From Chrysomallon squamiferum (lineage: Eukaryota; Animalia; Mollusca), in contig CM022665.1 of assembly GCA_012295275.1 (NCBI GenBank), forward strand, positions 43,152,001 through 43,216,000: a stretch of DNA of 64,000 nucleotides. The letters run 5' to 3'. This document shows positions 14,879-26,554 of the stretch, piece after piece (position 1 is the first letter of the stretch; every line of letters begins with the position of its first letter). The notes beneath the pieces were generated by a model, which worked only from the letters and a program-made list of their open reading frames with translations, was not told the origin of the DNA and made no database searches. Made by a program: the position numbers and the translations under genes.

Positions 14879-15215
14879 ATGTGTGTATGTGTGTGCATGC
14901 GTGTGTGTGTGTTATATGGGTATCTATATATCTGGTACTGTGTAGGTTGTATTGCAAACAGACAATGCTAGACAAAAATAATAACAATATATCCTAGATA
15001 GTAAAGTCAAAGCATGACTCTGTGAGATGTATTAAATCAAGGGAAAATCCAGAAGCATTTTTAGGGGAATTTGATGGATTTTTTTTACACTGGATATTTT
15101 TAGTAAAAAAAAAAAATACTCCAGTGAATTTTATATAAATACATACATATATATGTATGTATGTATGCATGTATGTATGTGTTTTTACATATATTACAAT
15201 GCAAATACAAATTTC

Positions 15216-15246
<31 letters not shown>

Positions 15247-17483
15247 TAATAGATATTAAAAATAAATAAACATCATTTGCAAGATCACATAGAAAATGCA
15301 ACAGCAGTGAAATAATATAACAGGATCCTTAGTATAAGTTCACTGCTTTAACATTTCAGTTAAAATGAAATATTTCTAAGTTGCTGTTTCAAATCAGATC
15401 TAATACTGCTGTACAGAAATATAATGCAAAATATTCCCACATATATTTATTGAAATAAAACATTATATTTAAAAAACAAGAAGCTCAAATATTTTCTTTA
15501 TGCTATTAATATAATTAATGAAATTTATTTATTTATTTTTATTTATTTTTATTTTATTTTATTTATTTATTTAAATTGATGATTAAGAGTTTCAGAGTGA
15601 TCTAATAATTTTATAATATAAATTCAAAATGGACAACACATTCGACATGTTGTTCTGTGTAGGTTTTTCGCACAAGTGGAGAGTTTAGCTCTGGAAATGT
15701 GAAATTTCCCAAGCATGACTTTAAATAATACATATAATACAGCCAGATGTGAGAATTACTTTATTATGGAAACTAAACATTCAACAGTTGTTAAAGTAAA
15801 TGGTCAGCTGTTGGTGGTTACTATGGAAACCATTATAGGAAAAAAACAATAGCAACAACTGAAAACTGAAGCAATAAAAATTATAAATAAAATTTCAGGC
15901 TAAACTTGCTTCCATATAAGAAATGATAATTAAGTTAGTTTGGATGAAACATGTTTTAGGGTTGTTTTTGTTAATACATAGCTTGTATTTTTTAAATGCA
16001 GAAACAGAAATCTATGTTACAACAGTAAAGATGTGGACAGTTTAGATTTTTGTTTTTAAAATGTAACCTACATAATCTGCAATATCAAAAGAACATTTGT
16101 GTTTTGTTATTTATGCTGGTTCGAACATATCTAAATATACTTGGTACATTATAGATTTACTGTAAAAATAATAAAGTATAACAAAAAAATGTTTACCTTT
16201 TATTTGAGTAACTCATATATTTCTACCTCATTTTTAAAAAAATATATATTAAAAATACAATTAAAAACGTTTTTTTTAAAAAAAATTTTTATTTCCTAAT
16301 AAGAAATTATGGTAAACAAGGGAGGAATGTCAATCTTTATATATCCTAACAGGATTTCAATTTTATTGCAATACTTTATTGTTAGCAAAGGTTGGATACA
16401 ATATACAAATAAACCAATCAGTAGAAAGCACACAAGATGTGGTTAGAAAGTTTGCTTGCACCTATAATAGATATATATTTTACAACCCCCACCAAAAAAA
16501 AAAAAAAAAAACCCATCCATCCTTCAAAAGAGAAAATTTAGCTTGAAAAGACATAGCTATTTTACGAAACAAACTTAACTTCCGAGATACTTTATTTTTA
16601 GCTTTATTTATTCTTCACAGTCGGTTTATCAAACCCTCTCAGATGAGTCACGGTGACTTTTCAACATTCGTGTTTTACTACACTGGTTCACGTGCTGCAG
16701 AGTAGCAACATTTGACAATCATTGCTCAACTACACCAACGCAAAACATCTTTCACGTATTGCTCAAACGTTCAGCTCAGAAGTTCGGCTTGAAGCAGTAA
16801 ACAAATGCAGAGGGAACAGAATAAGTTAACACAAGTTTGCTTGGCTTTAAAGCTGATATTGTAAGCTCTGAAACTAAATAGAATATTTGAATTTTTTTTA
16901 CTTCAGAAGACTGTTTTTCAAAAGCAGTCATAAAACGAATGAGTAAGTGAACGTTTAATGATAGCAATATTTTTTTTTTAATTTATGGTTATCTGGGTTC
17001 AGAACTCATAAATATGCATGTGTGTATATTAATGTACACACAAACACACACACACACACACACACACACGTATGCATGTCAACTAAAATATATATATATA
17101 TACACACACAGACCCACACACATACACATATATAAAACCAATGACACAAATACATGATCACATACATACAGAAAAAAAAAAAGCAAGTTGCATAAAATGA
17201 TTTTGTTGTTAGAAGGTTTACAGCTTGTGTCATGACATATGATGAATGACTTAAGTAAAAATCTAGCTCGTTATATTAAAGCAATACAATACAACTACCT
17301 GGTCTTTTAAACTAAATTTATTACTACAGTTTCTGTTTCTAATCAATAGGAATCATTTTGTTATGCATAGAAAAATCATTGTGTTGTAACAGCTTAGATT
17401 TTTATCCACATAATATCTAAATGCATTAAAACATTTACTGGTATTTGTAACTTTAAAAAATAATGTTTTTATTATTTATATTG

Positions 17484-17540
<57 letters not shown>

Positions 17541-17645
17541 TAACAACAAAAATAATAACAATAATAATAATTACAACTGCAAGTACTAATTCCAAACTGG
17601 ATGCAAGAAAAATACTTACAGCTATTTTTTATGTTTTATTTATTC

Positions 17646-17688
<43 letters not shown>

Positions 17689-18252
17689 TTAATCTAAAAC
17701 AGAATCCTACTATAAGGAATGCTGTTAATAAATAAATAAATAAAAATATTTTTGTTGTTTACATTCACATTTTTCTCTTTTTAACATAACATCAGTGTAT
17801 TGTTCGTGTAAAAAAAAAAAAGTTTTTGTACAGAAATGAACCCAATACAATGGGGTACCTCTGAAGTTTCATTTCCTTCGAGGAAATGTGTGTTTATTTT
17901 GTAAGATTACCCAGCAGGTATCAGTATGAGAGAGAGGTACTGACTGAAATATGGACTGTGAAATGTAACCAGCAAATCATCTCTATCTGTATGTCACATG
18001 TGTCAGAAAGTTGACAAGGATGCTAAATTTGTAACAAAACCTCAAAATAACAACAACAACAACAACAACAATAATAACAACGTTAATAATAATAAAAATA
18101 AGAAGAAGAAGAAGAAGAAGAATAATAATACATTATTACAAAAACTGAATAACTGTCAGAAATGTGAAATTCATGATAAAAACTCAAATTAATAATAATA
18201 TACATTATTATCTAGATTGTATTATTGTCAGATCTGTGAAATTCATATTTCA

Positions 18253-18299
<47 letters not shown>

Positions 18300-20842
18300 T
18301 ATACATTACTAACATAAGCTGTATGATTTGTGAAATTCATAATAAAACCTCAAAACAATAACATACATACAGTGTCTGAATAGTGGAATTCATAATAAAT
18401 TCTCAGATTAATAATAATAATAATATGCATTATTACGTAGACTGTATGCCTGTTAGAACTGTGAAATTCACAATAAAAACTCAAAATAATATTAATGATA
18501 TGTATTATCATATAGACTGTACTGATATCAGAACTATAAAATTCATAATAAAATCTCAACAGAATATACATCATTACATAGACTGTATGCCTGTCAGATT
18601 CATGAAATTGATAATAAAACATGGTAATAATTTACATAACATAGACTGTGTGTCTGTCAGAACTAGAAATTGATAATAAAACCTCAAAATAATAATAATA
18701 GACATTATTACATAAATTGTATAACTGTCAGAAATGCATATTTTATGATAAACTTTCTTAATGATACACATTACTGTATCAGCTTTGTCAGATTTGTGAT
18801 ATTCATAATAAAACTTTAATATTACAAACTGTAACACAGAATCTTTAATGTGAGAATTGCAAACCTGTAATAAAACTTAATAAAAATATATTTTGATACA
18901 GACTATAAAATATATGTGTGTAAATGTGTCTATATAATATAGCAAAGTCTGTAAATAATTTGGATAAAATTATGTTGATGATGAATAAATTCTAGACTAA
19001 AAACAAGTTTATAGAATAAATACTAAAACTCTTTTAATTAAATCATACAACTATACAAATAAATATCATTACTATAGTAGATCATTGATTTGATAAATAA
19101 TCCAATGTTCATTAAAATTTTGTTTGTGTGTTAAATGAGTTTTAAATACCTCAAAGTAAATCAATAAAATTAATTTAAAAAATAAATAATAGTTTGTTTG
19201 TTTTTTTAATTAAAACTGTGATTGTTCTAAAAATTTGATATTTCTTCTGTGTTTTTGAATTTTGAATTTATTTATTTATTAATATATATTTTTTTTATAA
19301 TTATGTGTATATCAGTAAAATAATATGTGTTCTTTTCTTTGGGGGTTTTTCTGTACTTTTAATAACTGTATACACTGTCTCATATTGGGACACTTATGAG
19401 GCTGAGCAAAAGTGTCCCTATATTGCAAGTGTCCCTTCATCAGAGGGACAAAAATTACAGGACATCATTTCTTTAACGTATTTCCTATAATCTTCATTTA
19501 CAAACACCAAACTGCAACAAACATAAATCATCATAGCTGACCAGTGCCATAGCAAGCATCTCAACTTTCTCCCAAAACACAGTTGCAAACAAATTCAGTT
19601 CATTGATGGATGTAAGTAAAACATTCATAAAACTGATAATAAGCATAATGTATATCTATGTGTGTGCCATACCATCTTTTCAACCTCAACAGTCCATTAA
19701 GATGCAGTATTTATAAAACACTGAATGTTGAATGACTGCTTTAACAAAATTATTTACCAACAGGATTGTGTGATTCTTCAACAAAAACAAAACTCCCAGC
19801 ATGTACTGTGCAGTACAGGAAATGGGTGATGCCTTCTTTAAAAATATTGTATAAAAGCTGCCAACAACAATAAAATTATTTATTTCAGAGAAAACAAATC
19901 TAAATTGTCCATTTTAGCAGTGGGATAATAATAATAATAGGTGTCCAATGATTTAAGAGACATATGAACTGAAAAACAATTGGGACTTGGAGAAGTGTCT
20001 GAATTGCAAAATGTTTTTGACATCCTATATAACAAATTATTAGTATATATGTATATATATATATGTATGTATGTATGTGTGTGTGTGTGTATACATATGT
20101 ATATAATGTATATAATTTTTAATATAAATTTCTTTTCTAAATGAAGAAAATAAATAGTGTTATAGAGGTGTCATTTAAACAAACAGTTTCCACTCACCTA
20201 AAAATGAAGGCTTTATGTCAATTAGTCGTTCATCAATCCTCTTCTTCACCAGATCTTCAATGGTACTAGAACTGAACACCCACCTGAAATACACACACAC
20301 ATAATTTATAAAGACTGTCCATGTTTATCTGTATATATATATATATACACACACACACATACAGATAAATAGATAAGATAGACATATATACACAAATGGA
20401 TATATATTGATATATACATATACACAGACAAACACAAATATATAATCACACACAAACACACACACTCACACACACACATCATAAAAGGATATTTTTCAAC
20501 ATTAATTTATCTTTTTATACAAAGAAAAAATCCCTGTTCTGTAAAACAAAAGGCAACCTCTACAAAAGTGACATCCAACTTTATTTTTAGTAAAGGAAGA
20601 TTTTCATTAAAAGTAAATATTGTAAATTTAAAAATTTAATTTAGCCTGTTTGTTTTAACTGAAATGTTGTCTATTTTACTAAATCTAAAACACAAACTAT
20701 GCTGCACATAGGCAGGTCTTTGTGTTAACAGATAATTTATCTCAATAGATTATGTGTGCACAGAAATATTTCATTAATTTACTAAATATAATCTCCTATC
20801 CTTTTACTGTTAAATAACAAAACAGTCAGTTACAAAATACTA

Positions 20843-20898
<56 letters not shown>

Positions 20899-21024
20899 TC
20901 ATTATTATTATTATTTCATTGATCCAGTTGTAATTAAATGGTTATAATTCAGGTCTGACATGTTAAGTCATTGATTCAATCACAAACACCAGATATTTCC
21001 CATGCCATGACTTGAATATTAAAC

Positions 21025-21105
<81 letters not shown>

Positions 21106-23260
21106 TTGTTTCAGGAATCATCCTCACTAGAATATTTTAGACCAGTTTAGCAAACAGTAGCAGTATTTGACTTACTGAAATATTATTTATTTACAATTCC
21201 AATATCCGGCACACATTTATTATATCACCAGATGTCACACATTTTTAAAAATTAATTGCTAGTTTTTACCACTTTAATATTTTACTTATGTCAGTTTTAC
21301 AGTTACCTTAATATATCTAAACTTTTAACATTTCAGTCATGTTAATTTTTAATCTATCAATAATTTAATATTTTTGTTATGTCAATTTTACGATTTTCTG
21401 TAATTTAATAATCATGTTATGTCAATTTTATAATATTTGTGTTATGTCTATTTTATAATTTTCTATAATTTAATATTTGTTATATCATTGTTATAATTGT
21501 CTATAAATTACTTGTGCTATGTCAATTTTATAATTATCTATTTTTTTCTATAATCTGATATTTTATGCTATGTCAAATTTATAATTATTTATAATTTAAT
21601 ATTAGTGTTATATCATTTTTATAATTTTCTATAATTTAATATTTTTTCTATGTCAATTTTATAATTATCTATAATTTAATAGTTAAGTTATGCTAATCCA
21701 GCAATATTTATAATAAAAATCAATCCATCCTTTTGGTATTATAATTACCTATAATTTAATATGTCATTTGTCATTAATGTTTTGAAAACAATGTACAGCA
21801 TAATATATCTGTTAAGTCAGCACACAAATCTATCCATAAATTAAAAATATGACATGTCTCTACAACTTAACATTTATTTTGTGTCATTTTATACACAAAT
21901 ATAAACATTTTAAAAATTTCTGTTACATCAGTCCACGCAAATATATTGATTATTTAATATTTCTTTTATGATATTTACATTTTGTTATTTATTTTGTCAA
22001 TATTTACAGTATTTCATTTATGATGACACAAGCAATATCTGTATATTGTTATTTCTGTTGTCAACACTACAAATATTTATATTTTAATAATTTTTATTTA
22101 GTGCTAACAACTAGTTATATTTATTTAAATTCTTTTTCTCTGTATTGACCTGCAAGACAAGGAGATATTTTACAACATACAACAAACATTTAAAAAAATA
22201 AAAAAAATTAAAAAAAATAAAAAATAAAATAAGGACATGAAGGTTAAATATAGTCATTTCCTCAATTGTATCATTTTCCTCTGTTTTTTGTTTTGCAAAA
22301 ATAACAGCATGATGCTAGAAACATTTTTTTTTACTAACAGCAGTAAGAGACATTAAATAAAAATAATTTTATACCTTTGCTTTCTGTAAACATTGTTTCA
22401 AAATATACAGTTTAGTGACAGATCTGACATCAATATCAGTTTTCTAAAGGATGTATAAATCATTAAAATATATTACTTGATTTCATATCTCATCTGTATT
22501 AGTTGAAGTTAGCATCCAATTTTTCTAAAGGATATATAAAACATTAAAATATATTACTTGACTGCATATCTGTGTTGATTGAATTTATCACCCAATTTTT
22601 CTGTATGTGTGTGTATGTGTGCACGTGTGCATGCATGTGTATGTGTATGTACATGTGTAAGCACACAAACAGATAGAGAAATACACTGATGCAGATACAC
22701 AAATACATACAGATATTCAGACAGAGAGATAATGAGATAAACAGATAGATATGCACTCATACACAGTATATAGATATTTACAAATGATCTGAATACTGTT
22801 CTACAGTATATGCAATTTAAAAAAGAATTTTAAAAATCAGACATTTTTTTTTTTTTTTTTTTTTAAATGTAATAATCATTACAAAACCAAAAACTCAGTA
22901 AACACATTACATTGCAGTTTTAATCTGTCTTTAAAAAGGCTGACATTTTTTAATGGAATACAATAAAGCAATAGTGTTAACAGCTTCTAATTACATGTAG
23001 AAATGTCTAAAATGATTTATGTTTTATTTTTTTATTTTTTTATTTTATTTTTTTTTAATAATAATAAAACTGATTTGATTGCAACATAAAATATATTAAA
23101 TTTTCCTAAAATTTTTATAATTTTTACAGTAAATCTTTATTTTTTTTATTCTTTTTTATTTTTTTAGTATTTTAATATTAAACTGGTCAAATCAGATTCA
23201 GTAAGCTACAGATGAGGATGTAATTAATGCACATGGCTGCATTCACATGCACAGGCATAT

Positions 23261-23293
<33 letters not shown>

Positions 23294-24995
23294 TTTTCAA
23301 CTTGTTTTTCTTTTAAACAAGAAAACAAACAGAAAATAAATAACAGTGAGCAAACAAAAAAAAAAAAAAAAAAAAAAAAAAATAGAGAGATAGAAGGAAA
23401 GAAAGAAAAGAAAAAAACTAGAAAAAAGTTATCAAAAGGTCAAGGAGTATTTGCATGACCAGTATTTAGATACTGATAAAACAAACTCAGTGTCTGTTAC
23501 CAGGTTTTTGTTGTTAGTTACCCGTCGTAAATCTCAACATTACAACAGTCAACATAACCAGTATCTCAATCACCTGTCACCTGTGGTCATATCTGATCTA
23601 TTTTTACTGAGGTCACTGCATCAGTTCTCATTTACAAAAATATATCAGGTCAAATGCTTATTAATACTTTATTATCAGCAAAGGTTGGCCGCCAGTTAAC
23701 AGAAACAAAATAATCCTTAGCAGGCATGTTGTTTTATTTCAGCAACAGAAATTATCCTTATTTTAACATTTTTCTTGTGTTAATATGCAAGTCAGCTGAG
23801 TATGTATGCCATTTATCTGCATCGGCGTATGTACATTTTAGCAAGGCAAGAAACAAATATACAAACAGAATTATTGTTTACAGGGCTGTGTATTATGTTT
23901 CAGAAAGAAAAGACACCAATGGTTTCAACTGACTGTTTATACTATTCTAACTATGTGCTATCAGTAAAGTACTCATCAAGCAATAACAAAAGGAAAGCAA
24001 AACAAAGAAACTTGATCTTATTTGTTTTTAACAGCTATGTATATCATTATTATTACAACAGTGACGTAAACAGTATATGGCTATCTTTTTATTTTTTTTG
24101 TTCCAAAATTCAGTAATAATATGTCGTTGAAAGCAACCAGTTTTTGGAAGGATTTTTGTATGGAATGAATTTCTGTTATATTTTGTTATTGTTTATTATC
24201 AGCAAAGTCTGGTTTTCAAGTATAAATCCAAGAGTAGAAAAATGAAAGTCTAGCAAATTTATTTCTGAAGTTATATTTTAAAAATTAAAAACCTTTTCAT
24301 TTTAAATTTAAAAAAAATACATGCACTGGTTATTTATTATAATCATTTATAATAATATATATTTGTTTATATTAAGAAATGAGTTAACTTAGCCTTTTAG
24401 CAAATACAGTTTATTACAAATAAAAATTAAATTATTTATCAACAGTCTACACAGTTATATATTAGAAGGGTTTCCTTTCTGATCCCTTGCTGTATATTTA
24501 ATATGAATGTAGGCCTGTATGTTTGTTTGTAAAATCAGTGAACCGAGAAGTATGGATTTAAGAGACATTTAAGTGTGTATTCACTGAACTGTGACCAACT
24601 CCGACAGAACGTGTTTTAATAACATACAGAACAGCTAAGACTGATATTCATGTGAAAGTTGGGTTCACTTGATCATCTAAATATTCATGAAATCCACAGT
24701 TGTTTTGTTACATTTACATTTGGTTAATATCTAAAACTGAAAATAAAATTAAATGACTATACATACATACATGTGTGTTTGTGTGTGGGTGTATGCGTGG
24801 ATGTGTGTTTGTGTGTGTGTGTGTGTGTAATTTCTTTAATTCTTTTTCATTTGGAAAATTTGTTTAGGAAATGCATTAAGAATTATTTTAAAATTCTGAG
24901 ATCAAGAATACTTTAGTGTTTTTTGGCATCTTTTTCTTTTTGTCATTGTGATTTTTTTAAATATGAAATACATTTTGTAATATACATGAATATAT

Positions 24996-25029
<34 letters not shown>

Positions 25030-26061
25030 TCATTTTTCCTTCTTTATTAAAAATATTTATCAGTCAAAGCATATTTTATTCAGAAAATAAACAAAAACAG
25101 AAAATAAAATAAAACAAAATTATTAGTGAAACAGAATTTTTTTTTAATAATTTAAAAACAAAAAAAATAATAATAATAAAAAATTATATAAAACATCTTT
25201 AATATGCAGTATTTTATTTTATATGCTTTAAAATTGTACTGCATGATGCTGTGCATTGGCCTTTACCGTTCTATTACTAATTAATTTTTTATTAGTGCTA
25301 CATTCTAATAAAACGACATCTCAAATTTCAAAGAGCTGCAGCATATATTTTGATTACATCTAGATGTCAAAAAGAGATAAAATAATACAGATATAAAATT
25401 TTAACTTTAAACCAAATACACGTCTGTATAAATAAAATAATTTATATTTATTTTTAATCATTTATAAAACCACTGTAAAGAACATTTTTTAATACAAAAA
25501 CTGAGAAATAGTTTTTAAAATAAATATAAATTATTATATATATATCGCAAAAAAAAAAAAATATATATATATATATATAACGTGTTACCGTATTCTTAAT
25601 ATTTTTGGCATTACATTTCTCATGTGCAGTAACGAAGTTATTTGTAAATTTGTAAAAATGAGATGAGATTACAAAAATTTAAATATATAACATTTTTAAA
25701 TATGTAATCTTAGATGTGTGAAAAACTTAACTTACCATCTATTTAATAAAAAGTTTAACCACTCTGCTGTTTCGCTCTGTCGTAATGCCCTTTTCCTGTG
25801 CAGTGCTGTTTCTTCGTAAATCAAATGCTTCTTTATGATTCTTGAAGTCTGGCTTTTCCATACAACAAACAAACTGGATACCAAGAAAAATATCCATAAC
25901 GAAGAAAAACCAAAGTAACCAAAAGTCCAGGCCAAAGCTACAACACCTGAAACCAGCAGATACATTCTTGCCAAGCCGGTTACTTTTTGCGGCTCCTCTT
26001 TAAACTTTCTTTTTCCAGCTCCAGACCGTATGTCTCCATTTGGAACAGTGTGGGATGGCAT
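588..26061 (-). CDS. Extended-synaptotagmin/tricalbin-like lipid-transfer protein (N-terminal TM hairpin, SMP domain, C2 domains); 11 exons in window, 3' end lies beyond the left edge
   Basis: Hand-spliced GT-AG exons with compatible phases: 26061-25736, 20283-20198, 10612-10372, 5707-5579, 5115-5009, 4228-4063 (disrupted, see findings), 3788-3661, 2270-2173, 1576-1452, 1110-1004, 671-588. Translation gives a hydrophobic hairpin, then ETAEWLNFLLNRWW...KPSFLESLVLKTFDVGEQTPQI (SMP start), VPFPHIRKATVCFTDKPDVTF...VPLLKSWI (SMP end), and GVVYAVIHGATNVIIADKTGASDPYCVL...TRNPRWESSVEFFV (C2). Exact ortholog not assignable by eye. Confidence 0.88.
1585..2160. repeat. Degenerate AT-rich tandem repeat, ~60-90 bp spacing, abutting the acceptor of the E-Syt-like exon 1576-1452
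   Basis: About 8-9 recurrences of the core aaatatttttaattagcagtattaacatttgataaaactaaaa. Confidence 0.75.
2820..3687. repeat. ~123-bp minisatellite containing the last 27 nt and splice donor of E-Syt-like exon 3788-3661; decays leftward into a degenerate repeat (~2300-2820)
   Basis: cttgtcatcagacaacttgtaaat or variants at ~2830, 2991, 3181, 3327, 3450, 3573 and 3661 (the real exon end); spacing is 123 bp between the best copies. Confidence 0.9.
4325..4882. repeat. (TTA/TTG)n low-complexity tract
   Basis: Degenerate trinucleotide microsatellite in an intron of the E-Syt-like gene. Confidence 0.9.
5684..7190. repeat. ~86-96-bp minisatellite (~16-17 copies) containing the acceptor and first 24 nt of E-Syt-like exon 5707-5579
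   Basis: Unit accatgtcaaaacctac(g/a)ttcactctgaaatacaaaaataaa...aatttataaatgtgatgtt; 180-bp dimer periodicity around 5970-6430. Confidence 0.95.
9450..10050. repeat. Degenerate ~22-25-bp tandem repeat (tattaatttcaggtaaaaa)
   Basis: More than 20 imperfect recurrences; grades into the 76-bp array at 10057. Confidence 0.8.
10057..10389. repeat. ~76-bp minisatellite (4 extra copies) containing the last 18 nt and donor of E-Syt-like exon 10612-10372
   Basis: tctgttttta(c/ct)gtttatttcctactctt at ~10057, 10133, 10210 and 10286, versus the real junction tctgtttttac|cgtttgtttcccactctt at 10361-10389. Confidence 0.9.
13810..14048. repeat. (TG)n microsatellite cluster (others at ~10670-10720, 14830-14910, 21030-21105 with (TA)n, 41703-41727)
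   Basis: Direct reading; source of the VCVC/HTHT ORFs. Confidence 0.95.
18030..18880. repeat. Degenerate ~60-65-bp intronic tandem repeat with embedded (aat)n
   Basis: About 12 recurrences of acattattacatagactgtatgcctgtcagaactgtgaaattcataataaaacctcaaaat; explains the cluster of spurious ORFs here. Confidence 0.85.
21270..21770. repeat. Degenerate ~35-45-bp AT-rich tandem repeat
   Basis: Recurrent tatgtcaatttttataattttctataatttaatattt. Confidence 0.75.
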
Positions 26062-26554
26062 TGTGTTGAAAAGTTTGGCTGATGTGTATTATAAAATGAA
26101 AATGACCCCAAAATGCAATGTTGACATCTTGAAATGACTTTCTGGGGTTTGTTTACTCGGGATCTCTCGGTATATTCCGGTATGGAGGGTTTTCTAGTTG
26201 AATCGGTGTTGTCGCTATTTGTAATCTGTATTATGTAGGTGCCTTGATTTGATTTTTAAAACTAATTTTGTAAACATTCTACGCTTAGGAATGTAAATTT
26301 GTTAATACAATAAATGAATAAAATATCATAAATAATAATATAGCTTTCATTTGTTAATTTATTTCCTAAATCGGACATTTTGTATGATGACGGCACCATA
26401 AAAGTCACAAATGTTCACTACACCGGCACCAAAAAAGTTAGGATTAAGGTCACCAAATTAACCAATCAAACATGTGTATACAAAATTCGAAGTGAAAAGT
26501 GGAAATCATTATTGTTAATCGTTTGTTTATGTGTCTGCATATTTATTTCGAAAA
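26062..26554. promoter_or_regulatory. Bidirectional promoter region between the E-Syt-like gene and NUSAP1
   Basis: Divergent ATGs ~490 bp apart; local CpG enrichment; CCAAT box at 26462-26466; TTCGAA (CHR-like) at 26486-26491; GG(C/TC)ACCA repeated three times at ~26392-26457. Confidence 0.7.

Noticed and set aside
8008-14997. Many VCVC/HTHT/YYY ORFs
   Set aside because: Translations of (TG)n, (TA)n and (TTA)n microsatellites.
14455-15070. Two diverged copies of a ~100-bp segment (~14455 and ~14965); similar two- or three-copy duplications at 8370-8700 and 22430-22575
   Set aside because: Ordinary old local duplications, not linked to splice sites or coding potential.
19380-19452. gggacactt...aagtgtccc short inverted repeat, MITE-like remnant; SINE-like remnants near 33490-33580 and 35900-36120
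   Set aside because: No recognisable termini, target-site duplications or second copy in the window; needs a repeat-library search.
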